From positions 44,771 through 108,770 of IMG/VR virus record IMGVR_UViG_3300027763_000038: a DNA stretch of 64,000 bases. One strand, given 5' to 3'. This DNA is from a virus. The position numbers and the translations under genes are program-made. The number at the start of each line of letters is the position of its first letter. Within the stretch, counting starts at the first letter, position 1. The notes beneath the pieces were generated by a model. It saw only the letters and a list, made by a program, of their open reading frames with translations, was not told where the DNA came from and did no database searches. This document shows positions 1 through 9,300 of this stretch, piece by piece.

Positions 1-3000
1 CTGTGCTTGTTACTTTACTTGGTATTGCATATGGATGAGCGATAGCGGATCCTCCTATTTTATCTTCAATATCTCCACCATTATTTCTGGTAAGATTAAT
101 GCTACCTCCCATAACAAAACAATCTTTTACTAGACCAAAAATACCCCTAGCGACTCCTCCTAGTTTTATTGTTCTACTTGTGCTACTTAAAACTGTAAAT
201 ACATTTGGATTTAAGCTATCTATACCAAGACCAACTCCCCAATTTGTACATCCCCAACCTGGTGGTCCTCCTGCACTTGATGTGTTAGCACAACCTCCTG
301 CTCCACGAGGAAAAGGAGAACTTGGAATTTTTCTTCCTTGAGAATCAAGAAAGTTTGGACTGCAATTGTAAAAATTATAAGTCCAATAATATTGACCAGC
401 TAAATCCGATGGATATGGACAAGCATATGGCTTATATTGATCTTGAGCGGATTGAGATAATAAATCTGCAAGATCATTATTTCCAGCATTTCTAGCTGCT
501 TGGGCATCTCTTTCAGCTTGGGCTATTGCTAGCCATGCTTCTCTATCTAGAATAGGCCAATATGGATAAGTGAGCTGATTGCCATCACAATCAACATCTC
601 CATAAATTTTTCCAGAGGTAAAGGCGTGATAAAATCCAAGATTTCTTCTTTCTAGCTCTTCGCATTTTTTTAGCAAAGTGTAATTAGCAAGTTGTCTATC
701 ACTAACAATTAAATTATTAGTAATAGCAGATTCAGTATATATTACTCCTGATATACTTTTCCCATCTACTGTGGCTAAAGCGATTATTTTACCATTTTCT
801 CTAACAATAGAAATATCAATAGTCTTACCAGCAACCTCTGCTGTGATAGAATCTCCTACTTTCAAGATGCCTCTTATTGATAATGACCCAGATATTTTAC
901 GATTACTAGTATCTGCTGAGGTATCTAAATCATAAGGAATATTTTTGTATACATCTTTTGCTTCTATCTTGGGATAATTATACTTAATAAGATCTGTAAA
1001 AGAAACTGAATTATTAACATTGTCTATAGTATTTAGATTAATCTTTTGTTTTTCTCCATACATTAGCCTAAAAAACATTTCGTTAGCTAATATGTCGGTA
1101 TTTTGAACTAATGCTGTATGATCATCTACTATACTATCATTCATTAATGATTGATATTCTTCATTTAATACAGAAATTCTGTTATTTATTGGCCTAGGAG
1201 ATACATTAGTATTACAATTGGAAGCTGGATACAAAGTATTATCTGGGGTAAGCTCTAATCTTTGAATATATTTTAAAGATTTATTTCCTATTGGATTATA
1301 AAAACCAGCATCATATGATAGAATATAAGGGATATCATTATTTTCATCAGTTAATTCTTTTGTTTTGTTAATTTCTATATCATATGTTCCGCTGTATGAG
1401 ATATATCCAGCAGTATTCATCCCACACGCTAAACTTGAACATGCTCCTGGTGGAAGATTGTCTGTATCACAGTATACTGGAAACCTAGAAAAAACACCTC
1501 CCGTATATGGAACTTGTTTGAAATGATCAAATTCCAAAACGTTATCTGCAAATGTTTGTTGATCAGTGGGAACTAATGGATCAAAGACTCTATAACAACC
1601 ATTTGAATTTACTCTTCTTGTAGAATTAATTTCTCGTAATTGAAAAGGAGAACTATCTACTCTTAGCGTATTAGTATAAAAAGTTTTATTTGAATTGATT
1701 GTTAAAGCAGACTCTAAGAGCTTACCAGCTCTCAAATTTACCCAAAACAAATTAGCAGTAGGAGAAATAAAATCATTTTCATAAGGATGTGCAGATCCTA
1801 AATTTGCTAGAATACCACTAATTTTAATAGATCCTAAAGGTATTTTATTGGCATCAATCATTTGTTGTAAATGAGGTTGGATTTTTTCTCTAAAGTCATT
1901 TGTAACATTATCACCTGACTGAGGAATATTGATATCTATAAAAGATAGATAATTTTGATAATCTTCTATTGATCCATTAGTTAAAATATCTAAACCAATA
2001 TTATATGGTTGATGTATTGTAAAATTTGCTAATCCGGAGTGAGTAATAAATAAGTTATTATTATTTAAATTAATATTATATCTATGTATTTTATAATCGG
2101 TATTATTAATGATAATCTTAAAAAAATTATTATTATACAAACTAGATGGATATATGACATTTAAGTAATCGGAACCATAAAAATATTGAGATAAATCATT
2201 AGTTAATTTACCATCAAAACTAAAAATATCAGACCACTTGGTTAAATAATTCCCATTAACTAATAATGTATCATTCTCTCTAGCTAGTGTGGGTTGGCTT
2301 TGATAAAGAAAAAATGAGTCCGCCCCCTCTTGGTTGGATGAATCTAAATTCAATAAACTAAAATCAATATAGGACTGCTTATATCTTATATCTTGATCAA
2401 ACTTTATTTCTGTATAAAAATTTCTATACTCATTAATAAGGCTATTGCTTCTTTTAATTTTATTCTTGCTCTTATCTATAGTCACATGATATAAGCTTTT
2501 TTCAATAATTTTAGCATCATAATTTTCTGATAGATTTTCTTTGTTATAAATTTTAACAGTTTGATTACATTTCTTTTTAGTATCAAAAATATATCCTTGT
2601 CTATTTCTTTCGTTATAACCTATGTGTAAATCACTAAAATTAGTATATAAACGATTATAATCTACCAAAGAATAAGAATTGCGGTTATTTTTTGCTCCAT
2701 TTCCTCTATATTTCCATCTTTCTCCATTAACTAATATTAATTCTGGATAAGTAGCAGTAATTTTATCTTGCTCATCTGTTGTTAGCTGATCAATAGAATC
2801 ATGCAACGTCACTAGTGCCGAATCATTTTCTCCTAAAATAAAATATAATCTTACCCCATCAAGTTTTGCTGTTCTAAGATCATCTTCATTTTTAATAAAG
2901 TCCGTATGGAAAAAGGGGTATTTTTTTTCTGAATAGTGTGTAATTTGATTTCCACTAGGAATAAAATTATACATAAAGCTGAAATTTATATGTCCTTTTG

Positions 3001-6000
3001 GTGATACTGGTATTATTGGACCATCAACCATTTCGAAAGAATCTTGACTAGAATATTTAAATAAATATGGTTCTCCAATATATGTATTATTGTCTTTTTT
3101 AAATCCAAAAACATCGTCAGTATTATACTCATACCACCTATCTTCTAATTTCAGGTACAGCCTCGGTTTTTTGTGTGATTCAAATCCATTAATTTGAGCA
3201 AGTATCTTTTTCACATCATCTGTAAAATTTCCTATTAATATAGAGCCAGAATTATACGGGGAACCAGAATTAAAAAGTTCTTTATCATAAGAAATATATG
3301 GAGATTGTTTCAAATATTCTATCGGACTATTTCTAATAGTTTGTTCTCCATTAATAGATAAGTCAGTTTTATATGTAAGACCACTATTAGGATGAAAAAA
3401 TCCTCTTTTTAGAGTTCCCATTCCGGTAGTAGACGGAATAGCAAAATTAATGATTTGTTTTCTTGGAATTCTAGTAAATTTAATAGGAACCAGAATATTT
3501 TCGTCTCCTCCTATTATATTACTAGCAAGACACGAATTACCATTTGGAGGATATAATACATATTGGTTACCTCCGAGTATCGCCTCTAGATAAGGATTAG
3601 TAATCTGTGCTGTAATCTCAGATGCTGTATTTCCTTTTTCTACAACTATTTTTTTCTGTTTATCGTATACTACTGTGTTATTAATATCTACTTTACTAGC
3701 AAATCTTTGATATCCTGCATTAGGAATAGATTCAAGTTCGCCATCGACAGAAGTAAAAGAAAGTGTGGTTCTAAAAAGATCAACATTCTCTAATACTTCT
3801 GCCCAAATATCTGCATGAATAGTATCATAGCTAGGCAAAGAAAAAGCCCATGAGCTATATACATAATTAGGTAGACTAAGCTGAATAGATTTTTGACATC
3901 CATAAGGCATTTCTGGATCAATTTTTTTATTAACAGCATTTAAAATAGTGCCTGTTGCTGGATGATTTGGTATTGTCTCACTACCTAATATTCCAGTAAT
4001 ATAATTAGATGAGTACCCGCCGTATGATTTTAATCTCGGACTATTTGAGGTAGATAATCCAGGAGTAAATCTTAATGGATCATTACTAAAAATGAAAGAG
4101 TTTTGGTTGCAAATATAAGGATATTCTGTGAAAGTAGACAAACCAAGACAACCACAAGTATTTTGATTAGGAAAAGCTCTACATTCATACGTGTCTTCGT
4201 TCGATCCTCTTAGTTTTTCTATTTTTAAGCTATAAAGTTTAATACCAGCATCTTTAGTAGTAAATGTAATTTTTGCTCTTGGATTATTAATGAATTGTAA
4301 TGATACGTTATTAACAAACACAGTACTATTATCTACTCCAAAAATTTTACTATCGTAGTATACTCCTCCTTGATGATGAAAAGCTGCTTTATCAATTCTT
4401 GGATTAATAGCAGTAGCGCTATATCTTCTATCTAGTTCAGCTTTTGGATATTTAGCATAATAATGTTTCAAACCAGTAGAATAAACCATTTCTTTGATAA
4501 GATTATCATTGAAATAAACTCCGGCCATTTTTGCAGCCTTATCAGTTTCTACCACCCCACTTATACAAGTCTGGGAATATCTTGTTCTAGTGTCTCTTTT
4601 TGTCTCTAGTTTTAGATTAGCCAATTCTAAAGACTGAGAATAATCGAAATTTTTTCTAAGACCAGGATCAGAACAATCTTTCATCCCTTTCAAACTAGCA
4701 CTAGAAAGTCTATAGGTATCTGATAATTTAACAGTCATATCAAAATCCAAATCCACATAACATGCGGCATCAATATTTTTAGTAAATTCTAGTGTGGTTG
4801 TGGATTGAGGTGGAAACCAGATATATGCACCATATTTATTAGCTAGTGCAGTTATCAGGTCTCCTGTAGTTTTTATATAGTCTAATTTACTAAGCGAATT
4901 AATTGGACTAGTAGACATGTCAGCATTAAATCCAGATAATTGCTTGTATTCATTAAGTACATAGGTTTGGTCTAAATTTCTTTTTAATAGATCTATTGTA
5001 ATTTGATCATATTCTGGAGATGTACATAATAATGCAGATAGCTCGAATATTTGTATAGGGTTTAGAATACTAATACTAGAATTTCTTTCATGATCTTCTT
5101 CATTAATGTAGTCCAGTGCTGTATAAATACTATAGAATCGATCATATAGATTACTAGAAATATAAGTAAACTTAGAACCACTAGGAATAACTCCTACAAC
5201 ACCATTATTTTGAATTAGTTTTAGACCAGAAGGACAGAACTTAGTAGTTCCTCCTCTATCTCCGCTATAAGGAGGATATTCTGGGCCGTCATTAGTAGCA
5301 TAGAATACGTCTCCGGGAGAAATATAAAGATCAACGCCAGATATTGGTCGAGGATCATTTATTATCCCGGTTTGATAGTATCTATACCAGCCTAATACTC
5401 CAGAACTATAATTCCACTTCCAATGAGACCCAAGTTTAGTATGTTTAACAAATATATTGTCATAAGTTTTATTGTTAAAACCATGTGGTATTACAGAAAA
5501 TTCATCTGGTGTTGGTAATACATCTCTCCAATTTGGCCAAGGAATATTATCTCCAGTAGGCCCTATTAGTCCATCAAATATGGAATATTCGGGATTATAT
5601 CCAGATGAATCAGGATTAACGTGAGTAAGTATAAAATTGCCACAAGTTTTACCAACTTGTAAAAACTTAGCATACGCTTTATTATGATCATCTATATTAT
5701 CGTATTGAGAAGTTTCTTTATCATATGGTATTTCTCCCATTCTTTCTTTCAAAGACCAATCGATCATCATTTTTGCTTCAGTTGTATTATCACTAGTAAT
5801 AGTAAAATTTCTTAACTCAGATAATTTGATGAAATTTTCAAAGCCTAATGGCTTGTTAGTTACTGCTGGAAATTGATCTTGATATTTCCAATCATAAAAT
5901 TCAGTTAAATATTTTTGATTTAGTAATGGTATTTTAGGAAGATAATCATCTTTAAACATTCTATTATCACAAGATCCTGATCCGGTACAACAGATAGTCG

Positions 6001-6328
6001 TAATAGGAGACAAAGGAGTACAATAGTTACAATCTAAACCAAATATAGGTTTTTCCAAATCATTATAGTTTCCAACATAATTAATTGCTGATGAACAGTT
6101 AAATGGATCAAAAGCTTGAAGTAAAACCGTCTGAGGCTGAGTGAGTAAGTCAACATACTTATGATTTGAAATATTTCCACTAACAACAATAGGTCTCCAT
6201 AGGCCACTAGTACCAGAACTAAACGCAGGAACTAGATTTCTAAGTCTGGACATATCTACCTCAACACTAAGTCCAGTTAAGGTAGCTTCGGTAAATAAGG
6301 ACCTATTAAATAGCGTACAACAGCTCAT
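1..6328 (-). CDS. Giant Cys-rich hypothetical virion (tail tip/baseplate-region) protein, >2109 aa, 3' end beyond the window edge
   Basis: ATG at 6328, just past the previous stop, reads MSCCTLFNRSLFTEATLTGLSVEVDMSRLRNLVPAFSSG...; the same frame is open at the left edge (...KIGGSAIAHPYAIPSKVTST). The track lists no stop-bounded minus ORF here, consistent with one ORF lacking an in-window stop. Confidence 0.88.
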   Translation of the reverse strand, partial: MSCCTLFNRSLFTEATLTGLSVEVDMSRLRNLVPAFSSGTSGLWRPIVVSGNISNHKYVDLLTQPQTVLLQAFDPFNCSSAINYVGNYNDLEKPIFGLDCNYCTPLSPITTICCTGSGSCDNRMFKDDYLPKIPLLNQKYLTEFYDWKYQDQFPAVTNKPLGFENFIKLSELRNFTITSDNTTEAKMMIDWSLKERMGEIPYDKETSQYDNIDDHNKAYAKFLQVGKTCGNFILTHVNPDSSGYNPEYSIFDGLIGPTGDNIPWPNWRDVLPTPDEFSVIPHGFNNKTYDNIFVKHTKLGSHWKWNYSSGVLGWYRYYQTGIINDPRPISGVDLYISPGDVFYATNDGPEYPPYSGDRGGTTKFCPSGLKLIQNNGVVGVIPSGSKFTYISSNLYDRFYSIYTALDYINEEDHERNSSISILNPIQIFELSALLCTSPEYDQITIDLLKRNLDQTYVLNEYKQLSGFNADMSTSPINSLSKLDYIKTTGDLITALANKYGAYIWFPPQSTTTLEFTKNIDAACYVDLDFDMTVKLSDTYRLSSASLKGMKDCSDPGLRKNFDYSQSLELANLKLETKRDTRTRYSQTCISGVVETDKAAKMAGVYFNDNLIKEMVYSTGLKHYYAKYPKAELDRRYSATAINPRIDKAAFHHQGGVYYDSKIFGVDNSTVFVNNVSLQFINNPRAKITFTTKDAGIKLYSLKIEKLRGSNEDTYECRAFPNQNTCGCLGLSTFTEYPYICNQNSFIFSNDPLRFTPGLSTSNSPRLKSYGGYSSNYITGILGSETIPNHPATGTILNAVNKKIDPEMPYGCQKSIQLSLPNYVYSSWAFSLPSYDTIHADIWAEVLENVDLFRTTLSFTSVDGELESIPNAGYQRFASKVDINNTVVYDKQKKIVVEKGNTASEITAQITNPYLEAILGGNQYVLYPPNGNSCLASNIIGGDENILVPIKFTRIPRKQIINFAIPSTTGMGTLKRGFFHPNSGLTYKTDLSINGEQTIRNSPIEYLKQSPYISYDKELFNSGSPYNSGSILIGNFTDDVKKILAQINGFESHKKPRLYLKLEDRWYEYNTDDVFGFKKDNNTYIGEPYLFKYSSQDSFEMVDGPIIPVSPKGHINFSFMYNFIPSGNQITHYSEKKYPFFHTDFIKNEDDLRTAKLDGVRLYFILGENDSALVTLHDSIDQLTTDEQDKITATYPELILVNGERWKYRGNGAKNNRNSYSLVDYNRLYTNFSDLHIGYNERNRQGYIFDTKKKCNQTVKIYNKENLSENYDAKIIEKSLYHVTIDKSKNKIKRSNSLINEYRNFYTEIKFDQDIRYKQSYIDFSLLNLDSSNQEGADSFFLYQSQPTLARENDTLLVNGNYLTKWSDIFSFDGKLTNDLSQYFYGSDYLNVIYPSSLYNNNFFKIIINNTDYKIHRYNINLNNNNLFITHSGLANFTIHQPYNIGLDILTNGSIEDYQNYLSFIDINIPQSGDNVTNDFREKIQPHLQQMIDANKIPLGSIKISGILANLGSAHPYENDFISPTANLFWVNLRAGKLLESALTINSNKTFYTNTLRVDSSPFQLREINSTRRVNSNGCYRVFDPLVPTDQQTFADNVLEFDHFKQVPYTGGVFSRFPVYCDTDNLPPGACSSLACGMNTAGYISYSGTYDIEINKTKELTDENNDIPYILSYDAGFYNPIGNKSLKYIQRLELTPDNTLYPASNCNTNVSPRPINNRISVLNEEYQSLMNDSIVDDHTALVQNTDILANEMFFRLMYGEKQKINLNTIDNVNNSVSFTDLIKYNYPKIEAKDVYKNIPYDLDTSADTSNRKISGSLSIRGILKVGDSITAEVAGKTIDISIVRENGKIIALATVDGKSISGVIYTESAITNNLIVSDRQLANYTLLKKCEELERRNLGFYHAFTSGKIYGDVDCDGNQLTYPYWPILDREAWLAIAQAERDAQAARNAGNNDLADLLSQSAQDQYKPYACPYPSDLAGQYYWTYNFYNCSPNFLDSQGRKIPSSPFPRGAGGCANTSSAGGPPGWGCTNWGVGLGIDSLNPNVFTVLSSTSRTIKLGGVARGIFGLVKDCFVMGGSINLTRNNGGDIEDKIGGSAIAHPYAIPSKVTST

Positions 6329-6334
6329 TTGATA

Positions 6335-9300
6335 TTAACACCTATAAGATTGTAAAACCCATCCGCTACCCATAAAGGTAAATAGTCCTGCATCTCCAAC
6401 ATTAACATTAAAATCTAAAGGATTAGAGAAAGTTGTTAGATAAGTTCCAGAAGTATTACGATATAGATTATACATATCTACAGAATTTGCTCCTCTAATA
6501 ATACCGGAAGTCATAGATGGTTTATTAAAGATTGGTTCATAAAATCCATTCTGGCCATTATAGTTACAGTAAACATGAGCTCCTCTAGGAGCACCATTAA
6601 CTCCTAGTGGATCTTTTACAAATACTAAACGACGTAATCCACTAGCTAATGGCTGATTACTATAAGAATCGTCTACTATCTCACCACGAGATGGTTGATT
6701 ACCTACTAAATCTGTTTCTATAACTACCCAAATTGGTTTATATCCATTGCCTCCAGCAACCCAAACTCCAGCAACGTCATCCCATCTAAGATCAACAGGA
6801 CCAACTGGCCATGTTCCTGGTAATTGCCCCCAACCTTTATAAAAAGAATTTTCTTTGTATGGTTCTGTCCAGGTTTGATCAGGTTTTTGAGTTTGGTTTT
6901 TGTATATAATATTACCACTAGTATCTTTAACAATTTCTCCATTAGTATCTAATTTTGGTTCACCAGAAGAGTTAGGAACTGGAAATCCTTCTAAATCATA
7001 TCCCCAAGCATGAACCATCAATGGTCCTCTTAATCCAAAAAATCTTGCATTATTAGCAGGACAACCAGATGCGCCCGTTGGACCAGGAATAGATTTAGCT
7101 GCACAATGATCAATATAATTTTGATCATAGTCAAGAAAGTTTTTCTCTATTGTTGATGAATAAGCAAATTTTAAAGAATTTCCTGTCTCGGGGACTGTCA
7201 TACCCAAACCAACCAAGTCGATACTATGTCCAGTAAGATCTCCAGATTGTCTATTTTGAAAACAACTAAATTCTCCAGTAGCTAATAATACAGGATTTAA
7301 TGTGGAATAATTAATAATAGTATTTTGATTGGTTTCACCAGAAGGTTGTCCAGTATTGGCATTTTTAGAAATAATAGTTAAATCATCTCCACTAGCTAAA
7401 ATATATGGAGGATTTGTTTGTTTTGGAGAAGAACTCTTGTAAGCTCTTTTTTCTTTATTATCAATAGTTTCACAAAATGGACAAACATCAGTCTGGCTAG
7501 ACTTTAATTGTATTAGTCCTGCAAAGCCTGATGGTTGAGATCCTGAATCTCTAGGTATGTCAAATTTTTCCCAAGTATAATTGCCACTACCTTTACAAAA
7601 TGCGCAGTTATCTCTAGGATATTTTGTAATATTATAAGTAGAACCATATAGTGTTGGATAAAAAGAAATAGGAGATAATAAACCATCTAAACTCATGAAT
7701 GATTTTTGACTATAATCATCTTTTAATTCTCTTGGTAGTTCTTGAATATCTTGAACAGAGACATTGGTTAAGTATCTTAACATGTCTTTAGTATTATAGC
7801 TTGTATTTTTAGAATATGGAAATTTTGACCATGATGGAGAAAATCCTAGATCAGCATAAATATCTCCAATAGAACTTTGGAAATTTAACTGAGGATATGC
7901 GGCGCCAGCTAAAATCTCGAACGGACTCCATCTTAATGGCTTAGGAGTGTCTGCACCACCAAGTAAACCATTATTAGACTTGGGGAAAATATTTGATTTA
8001 ATTTTATTTAGAGCACTATTTATGCTATTATTAGTGTCTCTTCGTCTTTTCATAAATTCTAAATTAGTATCACGAATTCTATCAGAATTTTCTTTATTAA
8101 AAAACCCTATTTTTTTAACATATGTTCTCATATTATAAGAGGAAGTAATACCAGCATTATTAAGACTAACATTAAAATTAGTTACTATTGGTCCTGCTGT
8201 ATCTTCAGCAGTTAATTTTAGTACACTTCCTATACTATATGACTTACCGTTAGGATCTTTTAAAAGCAAACCCACAGCGCTAATACTACCTTGTTCAGTA
8301 ACTTGTTGGTAGTTTATATCATCTTTAATTATATTCATGACAACAGCATCTAAAGCATTCGTTCCTCCATAATTCCAAGGAACTAAATCATCCTGAACAT
8401 TTACTTTAACTCCACCAACCAAATTATTTACTAAATTATTCAAAGCATCCTGATTGTATGGGTTGTCTGCATCTGGTGGGATAAATATTAATGAAGAAAC
8501 ACCTTGTAAACCTGGATGATTAATCCAGGGACCATAAGTATATCTATTGTATTTAACTGGAACTGCCGCAAACTCAGGACACGTTGCTTTTTTAGCAATA
8601 ACAACATTCTCTGCTGAATTATTAATAGATATACCGTGATTACCACCAATTAATTTCATTGTACTAGAAAATCCCCAAGCACAAAGAATAGCTTTCCAAT
8701 TCATAGGATTAGAAGTAGCTTTTAATGAATTATTTGTGCGAGATCTATTATTTGGGGGTTGAGCAGATCCTCTGTTCATTATGATTAAAGCATCATGCAA
8801 TTGAACATAGGATAAAGAATCCTGTGCATCAGATTTTCCTCCTCCTAAATATAAAGGATCTGGTAAAGATAAAATAGCTCTAGGACGATAAAGATCGTCA
8901 ATGTCTTTTAAGAAAATTACTTTTGGTTCAACTTCAGACTTGACATACATTTTAAATTGCCAGCCTGATGGAATTGGTTCTCCATGAGGAGTAGTAGGAG
9001 CCAGGGTTGCTCCAACCAAAGTGTTAGTAACATTTTCTAATCCAAGATTAGATATTGTTGGATTTTGGTATGGCACATACAAATATTGATCAGGTTGCAT
9101 ACTGTGATCTAAAGGAAAATAAAAATATTCACTTCTGTCTACAACAGAACCAAAAGAATGAGACATAGCTAACATTAGAGCAGTTAGTGAATTGGGATCA
9201 TTCCTAGTAGCAAGATAAGTTTGAGACCAAAAATCTCTAGAAGCAAAATCTCCATTAGCATTAAATCCTAAAATAGGCTGTATTTTATTGTCATCGTCTG

